Source: Camelus ferus
Lineage: Eukaryota
DNA: 64,000 nucleotides
Assembly: GCF_009834535.1 (NCBI RefSeq)
Contig: NC_045707.1
Coordinates: 58,158,001 to 58,222,000, forward strand
Reading direction: 5' to 3'
Part shown: piece by piece, positions 39,321 through 51,392 of the stretch
Layout: each line of letters starts with the position of its first letter
Position numbering within the stretch: the stretch's first letter is position 1
Notes under the pieces: generated by a model
Databases searched by the model: none
What the model saw: the letters and a program-made list of their open reading frames with translations, nothing else
Told to the model about the DNA's origin: nothing
Position numbers and translations under genes: made by a program

Positions 39321-39807
39321 ATGTTCAAGAAATATTTCACTTTCCTTTAAAAATAATACAAGTATAATGATAAATGCAACTGTTAACTCCATCTCAGTCT
39401 CAGGAATTAAGGAGGAAATGGTAGGCTGAAAAGCTCACAGACTCAAATAAAGATCACCCTGGCTCCTTAACTCCAGCTATAGTCGCTGTGCAGATATGTG
39501 GTCCCTCTTTATCAGATAACTGAATTTTTTTTAATGGAAACTGTAAAGCCAGGATTTTTTCAGTGAAGTCATACATTTTAAATACTGAAAGTAGTATTTA
39601 AAGAGTTTTTGTGGGACAAACACATCAGCATAACTAAAAAATTTTGCTTTGAGGCCATAAAGCATTAAAATATTTTTAATGCATTCCTTAATAACTCATG
39701 TTATATTAATTTGTCTGTTTTAATATTGCAAAGTAATCAATGAGAAATTTTCTTAAAATAATAAGAAAGCAGGAAAGTAATTTGTTCTTCTTTCCTAATT
39801 TGTATAG

Positions 39808-39912
39808 CTTTATGAACAAATTCTAGCTGAAAATGAAAAGCTGAAAGCACAGCTACATGATACAAATATGGAACTGACGGATCTCAAATTACAGTTGGAA
39901 AAGGCCACCCAG
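39808..39912 (+). CDS. PPP1R12A: MYPT1 exon 22, coiled coil (LYEQILAENEKLKAQLHDTNMELTDLKLQLEKATQ)
   Basis: ttgtatag|CTT ... CAG|gtttgt; 105 nt, phase 0-0. Confidence 0.96.
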
Positions 39913-42900
39913 GTTTGTACCTTCTTCTCTTTGTTGCTCTAAAGATAATGGTTGTGATTTATCCTGTCTAAAAGTTCCAGTGAAATGTTCTCTGGTGTTA
40001 GTTGTAGGCATAAGTTTGGTTACTGATAATAATTTAGTTGTTAGTAAGAAGGAATCAAGATAATACTGTTTATTGATAATTTACTTTTTTTAAGTAAATT
40101 AAAAATATAGACGTATAGCCTTATGGTGGAAAGTCAAAGTATTTTTAAGCCTTTTAATACTTATGTTGTAGTACATGAAGAATTTCGAATGCTTATTTCC
40201 AGCATACCAAATGTAGCAGGGCAATAAAAGCATCTGTATAGAATCTTTTTAAAGCCATAAAATTTCTTTGTGATTTTTATTTGTTATGAATGTTTCCTGT
40301 TTGGTCAAAAAAATTAATTTGATGTAATAATGCTAGAATAAGCCAGTTTTAGTCATAACCTCTTTTACCTTCCTTCTGTGCAACAACCTAGCAGAGATAT
40401 TCTTAGACAAGAAAATTAGGATAGCCAAGCAGAACTCCCAGCCTTCCACATATGGTCTAGGATGTGCATGAGGCAAGTTTCCCAAGCTCTTTTTTCATAA
40501 AACAGTAGTTCTGGGAGATAGTAATTAGACACATTCCCTCCTCCTTCTCCTCCTTCCCTCATTCAAAACAAACAAACAAAAAGAGCTTCATGATCCAAGA
40601 AACTTGGGAAATACTATATACTTTATCTTAGAGATATTAGAGTTTACTTATATGTTAAAGGCTCTGAGGAGTCCTGTAATTTTTAAGGAAACAAACTTTT
40701 TTTCCTTTCTTTGGGGGGGGGGCATGGTTTATTATTTTTTTTTGTACACTTCAGAAAAGTCCAAACACATTTATATTGTCCCCCTACTACTATTAGGGAG
40801 TTAAAGAAACAAACTTCATTTTAACATGAGACTTTCTAACACAGACACATTTCTGCAGTAAACTTAGACTCTAGTTTGGAAACACTGGTCTAAAATGGCA
40901 TCTCCAGTTCTATAAATGAGACTGCATACTTTCTTTGGGCATTCTTCATTCTTTTACACTCCTCTTTTTCATAAATTTTAAAGTTAATTCTCTATGTTGA
41001 ACTTACACTTGTTTGTTACCAGGTTCGTTTCTGTTGTTGTTGTTAACTACTATTACATTGTGAAGCAGTTCTCTGTGCACTGGAGCTATGCTAAAATTCC
41101 AGGTATCAAACTAACCTTATAAGGTTATGAAGACTCTAGATTTCATCAGTTAATGAGGGCTTACTGTCAAGATACACACAGAAGCATTGAAGAACAAGAA
41201 CACATTTCATAGTGAGTTGTCATAAAAACTAGGAATGTCACACAAGTTTAAACTTGCTGATTTAACCCTTAGGCTTCCTGGTAAACTGGAATGTCATCAT
41301 TCAGGTTGCATTAGTAGCTTAGTGAGCCTCCACACATAAAAATATTATAACTAGTTCTCTGAAAATAGTTTCAGCTCTAGAGATTTGGTCATAAATTTTC
41401 TATATAAAACTGTCCTCTGCTCCCTACTGTAGTGTTCTATCATTACAGCGGCTCATCTGAATCTGTATTTCCACTGCGTACTGCCTCCTCTGTTCCTCTG
41501 CTCTTCTGCCTACCCTGTTGTCATCTAATTCTTCCTATATGTTTCTCATTCAGACCTACAAGAGAGGGAAACTGATAGAATTAGCCAGTTATCGTCAGTG
41601 TGGAGCAGTCCTGTTAGTGCTGCGTGTTAGTCCTATTAGTGACCATTTCATACATAGGGTACAGGGCAACTATATATAGCAAGCTGCTTTGGGGTCAGGT
41701 ACCAATTTCTGATCCCATTGACTGTGGCCAGAGAAATAAATCACTAGATTAAAGAGTATGACAACTTCTGCCTTAGCATGCCCAATATACTTAAGAATGG
41801 GAAGGGTACTTCAGAGTATGAGATACTGAGTAAGTATTCAAAGTTAATATCTTAGTTGGAAATGCTATAAATATGTCATTTCAGAAATTTAGATTTAAAT
41901 TTAATTTGTAAAACTGATAAACATTAAACTTTTGTTCACCTTTATTTATCCTGAGCATTTAAGTCTACTGTGAATCCTTCAGCCTGATGTTTTTAAATAT
42001 TACTTTCATAACTATTCATGAGTTTTGAAATTGCATGGAATTGTTCCAAGGGATCTATCTTCCATTAGGAATTAATCTTGAAGTTTAGGTCTATTTGATA
42101 GTATTTAGCCAAGGACCATAGAATCCTTGAGTCCTGCCTTAGTTCAACCACTCTCCTCCCTGTAGAGAATCCAAGGGAGGGAAATAGACTAACTTACTAG
42201 AAACCAGTTGATGAATAATTAATCATTTTGTCAAATGTCAGCTCACCAGACTTACTAATTGTTATTTTAAAAGCTTTAACTAGAATATTTACCAAAAATA
42301 CTAACTAAAGTTATTTTACCTAAGAAATTGGCGGGTGAATTATAAAATTGCTAAAAATCCCCAATAAAATGCTGATTTCCCATCTAAAATTTATTAATTT
42401 ATATGTGTTGACATTGTTCCAGACATTTTTTATTTCGTTCAGGTGCTTTTGACTATCTTTTTAACATTTTCCAGTCTTTTAAGCATTTTACTATTGATTT
42501 GCACTTGCTCAAATGGCATATTAGCCTTTGCTTTATTTTTCTAGCAATTAAAATATAAATTTAAATTTAGAAACATCAAAAGTATATCAGAATTAGCTGA
42601 AAGTATCATATTTGAAATTCTGAATTTGATTTCTAACAATAAGCAGTTGGAATACATAACTTATTTTTCCATAAAGAGTTAGCACAAAAAAAATGAAATC
42701 ATTTAAAACAGCAGATTAGATGGCCATGATTAGATCTCTAAATTGTATATACTACAACCATAAAAAAAAGAAGTTTGCTGGTTTTATTGCGTGAACACAG
42801 AGTCACACAGCCTGGTCCAAACTACATTGCAGTCAGGGTCCTGGAATCTGAGCATTCAGTTTAGCCACTCTTCCTGGTGGTATAGGAAAGGAGAGAGTTT

Positions 42901-43197
42901 GAGCATCAGAGGGGAAACTAGGGTGTTTTGGGCTTTGTTCCACATTCTTACCCCCAGCTAAACTGTAAAGACCTGAGGAAAAGTATTACATAGACCGTAA
43001 GAGCTGTGGAGAACCATTCTATATTCCTCTTCATTATTTCAATACAAATCCTGTTTTTTCTTTACTCCCACCTATGTGTTACTCCACCAGAATAGTGTGA
43101 TTTCTTTGAATACCACAGAGGAGAGTTACTGTGGTCCTCCCCCTTTCCCCATCTCTGTTGCACTTACATCCCTTTTATATTTCTTACTACCTTGCAG

Positions 43198-43245
43198 AGA
43201 CAAGAAAGATTTGCTGATAGGTCATTATTGGAAATGGAAAAAAGG
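43198..43245 (+). CDS. PPP1R12A: MYPT1 exon 23 (RQERFADRSLLEMEKR)
   Basis: ccttgcag|AGA ... AGG|gtaagt; 48 nt, phase 0-0. Confidence 0.96.
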
Positions 43246-45425
43246 GTAAGTGTCCATCTACTTGAATAAGTAATCATTTTCCCCCATTATTGTTTTGTAT
43301 AAGCAATGGTAGGTGTTTTGTTTTTGTTTTCTTTTTCTTCAGGATGCAAGTTTTAATTAGTTTAAGTTAATACTAATTTGATCATGAATGTTTTCTAGCT
43401 TATCTTCATAGAGTTCTATTGGAACTCTCTATATGTGAAATTTCCTTGTTAAAATTTAATTTTCCATGTTATTCTTTTAATGGATAAAAAAAATCTTGCC
43501 TTGATTCTAAAATGTACACATTGTGATAGTGAATCTGATATTTTCTCTCCCTTTAATTTTCTGTGGCAGTATACTTAAAAAATCACATATACATTTAGTT
43601 TAATTCTTTACAAAATTAAAATACTTCCATCTTGAAATAAAGTTTTTAAAGAACTGGGGACCACAGTTTTTAATTCTTTTTAAAGTTAATTTAATAATAC
43701 TTAATTTTGAGTTTAAATATTTAACTTAAGTTGGCTGTTTTAACCCAAAAAAAGATTACAAGAAAATCCTTTTACCGTTTTATGTCCTTCTACAATTTTT
43801 TATGCAGCTATGATAGATTCACTCGTATTTTTCTCCATTGATTGTTATTACTGCTCAAGGATCTGGCAGTGGCCGTAGTTACAACTCCACAACTTTAGTC
43901 TGAGCAGTTGAAGATGTATAAATGATCCAAAGTTAAAGGAAAAGTGCTCTGAGTATCTGCAGTGCGAATGAGCAGCGGCTAGATTTGCAAGGTTTCAGCC
44001 AGAGAAGAAATTACATCCTGAGGAGCTATGATCTGTAGATCAAAGAATAAATAATCAAGAACAATTGGTATAAGAATTAATTTCTTCCATTCCATTTTAA
44101 AAATAGGCAATTTACCTTTTTGACCAAAAAAAGGAGAGAAATGATAAAAATGCAGAATATATAAATAAACATAGTTAATGTCTGTGTCATTTTTTAAATT
44201 ATAAACTTATAATATCTACTAGTTCCATTATGATTTCATCAGATTTTAAAAATCATTGTTTTGGGCCATTTAAAAAACTATTGATCTTACTTGTAACTGC
44301 TAAAATATTAGAATCACTTATTTTATTAAATTTAATGATTATTATTCCTTTTGCAATATAATTTACTGAATTTTATATACAAGACACACGAAAATAGTAA
44401 TGTTTTCACTTCTCTATTATCCATACTAATGGTTGAGATGAAAGACATAGATAACCATATACTTGATCAAAATACTACTTACTTTGAGACACATTTTTAA
44501 GAATATTTAATTTTTCTTATGAAAGTAATGTGTTTATCACAGAAATTTAGCAAAAGATAAAAATGAAATCTTCATAATCCTATCATGCAGAGATAAGTGA
44601 TATTTTTATTTCTATCCTTTTTTTTTTCCCACCTAGGCTTTTGTACACACAATACTCACATGTTCTTATTCTGACATTCTCACCTGACCTCCATTTCCTA
44701 CCTGTCAAATGCAGATAAATTACAAAGTACCTAATCTACTTTCAGTTGAACAGACATTGGTTATCATAGTATTAATAATTGCTAACTTTTATTCATCACT
44801 CTCTTACATACCAAGCAGGCACTGGGCTAAGTACTTGATAATGCATTTTTTTTCTCTTAACCACATTTTTTAATGCTAATAAGTTTATTTGTCAAATATA
44901 AGAAATTGCCTACAACTTAACAGTTGTCAGTTTGGGAACAAGGTGATTCATTATACTGTTCTTGTCTTGCTTTACCACTAAATAGTTAAAATCTCGAAAG
45001 CATGGAATAAAATTGGGGATGATGGGAGTTAACCTGTCAGTTGGAGGAAATATGCTGTTCCTGATATTTCACAATGTTATGAGGATCAGATATGGTACTA
45101 TATGTCCTAGTATTTTGAGAAAAGCAATAGTTTTTATGAATTTGTCATGGCTGTACTATTAACTGGAAGAAAGGTCTGATTATCGAAAATGACATTTTTG
45201 TCTGTGTAATAATGTTTAAATGCTAATAATAAAATAACACAGTATTTATAAGACCATGAGTAGGATTCCATCTATTTTGTAAAATCACATACCCAGAAAA
45301 AGTTAACATTTACAGTAAATTTATTGCTTTACTAAATATTAACATTAAGTATTAATCTGGGAAAGAATGTCTTGGAAATAGTTTCAATGTGATTAAACTA
45401 AATTTAAATGGTTTGTATCTGAAAG

Positions 45426-45456
45426 GTGACCGGCAAGAGTCAGTATCTTCTGGGCG
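45426..45456 (+). CDS. PPP1R12A: MYPT1 exon 24, 31-nt smooth-muscle alternative exon; inclusion frameshifts to the leucine-zipper-negative tail VTGKSQYLLGGTKSSRKKNI* (TGA 46208-46210)
   Basis: tctgaaag|GTGACCGGCAAGAGTCAGTATCTTCTGGGCG|gtatga; 31 nt; matches the well-known LZ- switch. Confidence 0.93.
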
Positions 45457-46178
45457 GTATGACCTAACCAAAGTTTTACAGCACATTAATTACTGCTGCT
45501 TGCTTTTTGCATAACACCCTAGAATGCTTATTATTTAAGGGAAAATAAAACTGTACACTGCAATAATGTATGTTGCCTTTGCCTGTCACTCTTTGAAACA
45601 AGGTAGTTTAAAATAAGTGCTACAGTTGCTTCTTCATTAGACTCACTGCATTAATGCTAACTACAGAGCTGCAGAGTCAATTGAATAAATAATGACCAGT
45701 AAATACTGTGTGTGGACAAGATGGACTTCTCTTAGATCCTTTTGAAATTTTAAGGTACACATATTGTAGGCACGTATGCTCTTGCTTTTCTGCTTCTTAT
45801 CACTATAGAATAATTGCATCTTTGTGGGTTTTTTTGTTTGTTTTCCCTTTTCTGTACAATCCTCAGTCTTGAGTATTGGTTTACTCTATCCCTAAGTTTT
45901 AATATGAACTGAAAAATAGTTTGAACATGTTATGTAGCATCTTACCAGAAAGTCAGAGCTGTAAACAAAGAGCTTATAGGAAGTAATAAAAATAATGATC
46001 TTCATATTTACTTCTCTCAAATTTTGGAAAGCTTTTTACACATCACTGGCATCACATCTTTTTCTACACTGCTCCTGATTTGATTTTTTATTCTAGAATG
46101 TCACTATTTCACATTTTAGAAAAAAATTTTAGGATATAATTATTATATAATTAATACTAGTACCTTCAATTGATCTAG

Positions 46179-46229
46179 GAACGAAGAGCTCTAGAAAGAA
46201 GAATATCTGAAATGGAAGAAGAGCTCAAA
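46179..46229 (+). CDS. PPP1R12A: MYPT1 exon 25 (ERRALERRISEMEEELK)
   Basis: tgatctag|GAA ... AAA|gtaagt; 51 nt, phase 0-0. Confidence 0.96.
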
Positions 46230-47032
46230 GTAAGTAAACCATGCCGCTTTTGAACTCCAATTGTGTAGTGCTATTGTAGAGGCTGTGTTTGTACTATTCT
46301 CAAAGCTGCTTATGCAATTTATGAATTATCTATATCCTGTGCTTCTCTTTATTCCCATATCCAGGTTTAGGTGAGCTAGAAGATTATTTAAAACTCAAAT
46401 CTTTTGTTAATCAATTTTTATGGCACTTTTAATGTTCAGGTATAGAATAAGTTAGACAATAATTACTATAAGATTTGGGATTTCTTATTTATTCTTTACA
46501 TTTCACATACGCTATTTCTTGGAAAGTAAATGGTGGAGGGGGGAATCACTATAAAAATGTTCTCCTTTGAAAATAAAGGACGTTTATCGAACTCTGCATT
46601 ACCTGTGAAGGTAACTTTGTTTTGAATATTGGAAGGAATATTCTTTGCAGGGGAAAAAAAAACATAGTTAATTGATTATCTCTTATTATGTTGTCTTGCA
46701 TAGAATATCTATCACGTTATGAATTAACGAACTAAATGCATGGGACATTGTGCTCATAGAATTCCAAGGTTTAAGTGTTTTACCATTGAATTATTTGGTT
46801 TCTTGTTAGAACATTATTATTAAATGGCTTTGGAGAAAATTTTTTTGGATTTTGTTTATAAGGAATTTTAGGGCTACATTGTTTACATTTATAAATTTCA
46901 TGGAATATTCTTCTAAGATTCTTAATTTTTTTCTTCTTATATTTGTTACCTGTGACTCTTTATATTTTTATTGTACTTTTTTCCACTTTCTTATTTTTTA
47001 TTTTCTATTTCTTTATGTTCTGATTCCTGCAG

Positions 47033-47167
47033 AATCTGCACCAAATAAAGCAAATTCAGACTCTGAGGGAGTTAAATGAGCGACTGCTGACTGAGAATAG
47101 GGCCTTGACAAGAGTGGTAGCCAAGCGCTCAGGGTTCTGTAGGCAACTGCAGTCTGTGAACCTATAA
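47033..47167 (+). CDS. PPP1R12A: Putative alternative C-terminal exon '25b' encoding a second leucine zipper ([44 protein letters not shown])
   Basis: Pyrimidine-rich tract over 100 nt long then cctgcag|AAT; in phase with exon 25; 44 codons to TAA; 12 identities to the 28-aa canonical last exon. Confidence 0.75.
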   Translation, partial: NLHQIKQIQTLRELNERLLTENRALTRVVAKRSGFCRQLQSVNL

Positions 47168-48701
47168 TTTATAGTTTCATCATTTCTTCTTGGTAGAGCC
47201 AGGCAGGTGTTTTTGTGTTAGTAAGCGTGTCTTGAGCTCACTTTTACAAATTAATGCCATTGTGTCTGGAGCTTATCATATAACTGTTTAATTATGCATG
47301 GCTTCTCAGAATGTTAGAAAGTGCCACTAATTGTATTTTGCAACTGAGAAACTATGATAAACTGAGGGAATGATTTAACCATTTAAATAAAAGACTTGTC
47401 TGCACTGTTGCAAAACTTATGCACATTTTTGGCTTTACAGATATTTTAGGGCTCAAAAAGAGAGCTATTTGAAATTCTTAACTAGAGAGAAAGTGGAACA
47501 TAAACAGTATAATATACTTAAAATGTAATCAACATATGTTGAAACTGAAGATTAAACTTGGAATATGTGTTTTTCAAAATAATGTCATCTTCCATCAGGA
47601 CCATCTTAGTTAATATTTTTTATTACAGAGGTAGCCTAATACATAAACTTAAGGTTACTGTATTTATATCCATACATCCTGAGCACAGGTCAGAATTGAC
47701 TGGTATTGACTAGTTATATGTAGAATTAAACTATTAAGTTTAATTAAGTTTAAGATTTTGCTTAAGGTAGTTTTACTTTTATCTAATTCAGTAGTTTAGT
47801 ACATTTTGAAAGCTAAGCAAAGAAAACTAAATATCTTGGAAAGTATGTTTTCATATCCAAAATATAAGCTATTCCATTTCCTAGCAAATCTGGCAGAGCA
47901 CATATAATTTAAATCATTCTTGGTAGAAAATCCAGTTAACTTATATTTCCACCCCCTCCTTCAATTTGTCTGTAAAACAGAAAAATTGATTTGTTTTGTT
48001 TTGAGAATGTGAGGGTATGTTTTTCTGGTTACTACAAATACTGGTTATTTTTTCTATGCTTGGATATTTTCATAAGTACAGACTTACTATTTTGACTTAT
48101 AAATTACTTTATCCTATTCTAATAATAGTAATAATTGCTTTGTTACTGTTTAATTGAGCACCTATCTTGAGTCAGAGTTTGTACTAGGTACTTAAACTTA
48201 GTGCAAGGTAAATCAGGAATTTTAATAATTTAGAACAAGTCTAACTCCTTCAAAACTTCCCTAAATAGTCTGGTTTTCTTGTGGAATAATAGTATGGTTT
48301 GAGGTCTGACATAAAGCAAAAGGCTTTAATTTAGGTGTGACAGAAACTCCCTTTAAAAGCCTATCCTAACAAAAACAGGCTTCATTTTTTTGGCTGCTCT
48401 AATATGGTGTGCTTGTGAGTCGTACTGTCAAGAGATTTAGTACATTTCAATTGATAACTTTGGGAGAATAAACCTTTCATTTCATCATTTATTAAACTAA
48501 TTAGCTTCACAGATTGGGTTTTGTTTTTGTTCTGTTTTTTTTCTTTCTTTCTTTCTTCCTGATACATGTTTAGGCACTAGAAATACATATAACTGACAAA
48601 GCTTGTTCATGTGTCTTGTGGTAAAAGTATAACAATTTTTAAGAGTAGTATTTTTTCTTTTTATTGAATTAAAACCTTTTCTCCTATTTTTCCTCTCATA
48701 G

Positions 48702-48788
48702 ATGTTACCAGACCTAAAAGCAGACAACCAGAGGCTAAAGGATGAAAATGGGGCCTTGATCAGAGTTATAAGCAAACTTTCCAAATGA
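48702..48788 (+). CDS. PPP1R12A: MYPT1 exon 26 coding part, canonical leucine zipper (MLPDLKADNQRLKDENGALIRVISKLSK*), PKG-Ialpha-binding
   Basis: tcctctcatag|ATG; TGA at 48786-48788; Leu heptad L5/L12/L19/L26. Confidence 0.97.
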   Translation: MLPDLKADNQRLKDENGALIRVISKLSK

Positions 48789-50248
48789 AAAAGCAGCAAG
48801 TAATGGAATTGCACGTGTTAGTGACCCAGTGGACCATAACTGACAGTCACTGGAAGCCTAGGAAGAATCCTTGGAGACTGTCACTTTGGATATCCTGCCA
48901 AATGCCCTCTTATCTAGGAGTTTTGTTTAATTTTCTGGGTTTTTTTTTTTTCTTTCTTTCTTTTTTTTTTTTTTTTTCTTTTTTCCTTGTATCAAGACCA
49001 TTGTTTCATGTTAATGCAGCTGCTGAGAAGATTTTTTTTTTAATGACTGAGAAAACTTGTTTACAGCTCCAGCATCTAAGGAAAGTGTTCAAGGCCAGAT
49101 ATGCCTCAGATATTTAACCAGTAAGCCTTAGTTGTACATAGATACTTTTGTGTCAACAAAAACTTTCAGCTCTCACAGAAGACAGTTATTCAGCATTTTT
49201 TGATGTGCCACAGTTTCCAGTTTTTCGATATTTAATTTTTTTTTTTTTTGCTTTACATCTAAGTTTGGGTTTGTATTTTTTCCTTCTAACTCTTCATGTG
49301 GCAGACTCTTGTATGTTCTCACACCGTTCTCATTTACAGAAAAGAACACTTGCTCTTCTGAGATCATTGTCATGTATTGGGCTAATGCTGTGTTGTCCCC
49401 ACCTGGAACTGAATTGCTTGGTGGAACATTTGCTTTCACTGTTTGTGCAATATGCATTTACTCCTTATATGAATGCTTTAACGTCGATTGAGATTAGATT
49501 CTTAAGTCCTATTTTCTGCCTTCATTGGTCACTTTTTTGTTTTTGTTTGTTTTTTATTATTGTAGTATAAGATGTTAGATTCTGTAATCTTCACATTCAT
49601 TTTAGCAGGTACTGAGTGATACTGTGTATATAAATAAGTGTATTGTTTTGATTTTTAGACCACCACATGGCATGCTTGACTATTTTCTTATTTCAACTGT
49701 CTGTTAACGCAAAGTAGGCTACTCCATGATAGTGTTAAAAACAAAGTTTGCTAACAATGTGATATAAAGACTTTTGAAGTAACACATTATGTGGAGCCCT
49801 ATCTTTACAAAAGTTTTCTACTGTAAAATGCTTTTACTTTTATTTGCAGTTTTCATTTGATAGTATTCAACCATAATTAAAGTTGCATAAGATAATTGCT
49901 TCACATTTCACGTACCTATATTTATCTGAGTGCTGTCTAAAACTGTTGTGCTAGCCAAAGTAATGCTATGAAATCATTTGCAGACTTAACCATGAGTTAA
50001 CGTTAAATGCACTGTTATTGCCATGTGAAGAGGCATTGACTTTGATACCACCATCATGTTCAGACCATTTTATACATTTCAGTGGCCTTTTTTAAAAAAA
50101 AAAAAAAAAAAGCAAAACCAAGTACATGGTGAGGATGGCTTTTATTTGGACAAATAGCTTTTATATTTTCATTAAACCATGCAAAAAATCCTCTCTATCT
50201 TACTGGCACATAACTGTCTCCTTAACCACTGAACAGTTCAGCCATTTG

Positions 50249-50317
50249 AATAAATTGTACATTGTAAAGCTTATAGTAGCTAATTGTATTATTGATTGTA
50301 TTGTATACTATATTAAA
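50249..50317 (+). terminator. Proximal polyadenylation signals
   Basis: AATAAA 50249-50254 and ATTAAA 50312-50317, with several TGTA motifs between them. Confidence 0.55.
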
Positions 50318-50863
50318 TGTGAATTTGTACCCCTTCATTTTAAAAGGTCATTGTGTTCTACTGCCTATTTTAGATTACTTTGGGGTTGGGAAAGGGTGTT
50401 TTGGTAAGCAGGATTTTAAGTCCTCTCTCTCTTGATTGGTTTTATGAAGATATAAGGTTATGCTCTTACTACCAAGCTCAGGATTCTTGATTTTTAAAGG
50501 TACAAGGATAGTTGTGGGAATTTTATTTTTGGTTATATTTGAACTGTATGAATGGTGGGTCTGACTATAGAGAATTTCCATGGTCTTATGTGGACGTAAA
50601 ATATACAGATAATTGACCAGTTTGAGTGACTGCAACATGTTCTGGTGCCCAGCAGTTAGGCATGCTAAGGATTATATTTGTGAAGTTTGGATGCCTGTGA
50701 AGAATGATTAAATACATTGTTTCTAATATTTAGTGTTTTGTATTTAGGTTATTTATTCTTTGTATCTAAAACTGAACAGCTACTGTGCTATATTGATTTT
50801 ATTGGTAGTATTGAGCAGACCTTGTTTCTGCATGAAACTAGTTGCAAAACCCACTATTTTGGA

Positions 50864-50904
50864 AATAAAAATGTATTTTGACATATACAAATAAAATGAA
50901 TAAA
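50864..50904 (+). terminator. Distal polyadenylation signal cluster
   Basis: Three AATAAA hexamers (50864-50869, 50890-50895, 50899-50904), downstream TGTGTG and T-rich elements. Confidence 0.6.
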
Positions 50905-51289
50905 ACTATTTTAAATGTGTGAACTTTTACTGAAGACATTTAAAATTTTGTTCTGAGATACTTAAATTCTGCATGGGTGTTTTTTCACTAATTGCTTTAC
51001 TTGGATTCTAATAGGAATAATTTTTGAAATTGTAATATTGTGGTAATTTGCACAACATTGTACATGCACATCTGTAAATGCAACCCTAATTGCCATATTT
51101 ATGCAATCTGTATTATACCAATTTGGACAAATGTTTCTATATTTTACATAAAGTGGTCTGTATGCAGAATCTGAGAACTAGTTTTTTTATGATAATAAGT
51201 GGGTAAGAAATAATGGTAAGAGTGAGTTTCAAGATAGTAGTAGCTTTGTAGCATGAGATTTCAGTTACCTAAACATCCTCTGGTTTCTA

Positions 51290-51392
51290 TTCATTTACTT
51301 TTTTATTTTTAGAGGAATTACTGGAGATTGAACCTAGGACCTCGTGCATGCTAAGCATGTGCTCTATCACTTGAGCTATCCCCTCCCCCCCG
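51290..51392 (-). mobile_element. tRNA-Ala-derived SINE (Vic-1-like)
   Basis: Same core as 28437; TSD tggtttcta (51281-51289; 51393-51401). Confidence 0.88.

Larger units (their letters stand above)
632..50930 (+). other. PPP1R12A: PPP1R12A/MYPT1 gene, 3' portion (exons 6-26 plus 3' UTR); 5' exons lie upstream of the window
   Basis: 20 exons with AG/GT boundaries sum to 2301 nt (766 aa + stop) in one frame. Recognisable MYPT1 motifs are present: RKTGSY, RSASSP, RRSTQGVTL, RRSTGVSF and C-terminal LZ ALIRVISKLSK. The 3' end is approximate. Confidence 0.97.
48789..50930 (+). other. PPP1R12A: PPP1R12A 3' UTR (end approximate; probably alternative polyadenylation)
   Basis: AU/U-rich sequence after the stop with no recognisable interspersed repeat; AATAAA 50249-50254, ATTAAA 50312-50317, AATAAA cluster at 50864, 50890, 50899 followed by GT/T-rich sequence. 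Confidence 0.8.

Noticed and set aside
46852..47079. 75-aa ORF from the track
   Set aside because: It is mostly the pyrimidine tract read through into exon 25b in the wrong frame; the meaningful frame begins at 47033
48785..50638. ORFs of 87-140 aa in the ORF track
   Set aside because: They lie in the 3' UTR and several run through T/A homopolymers; low-complexity products with no recognisable family
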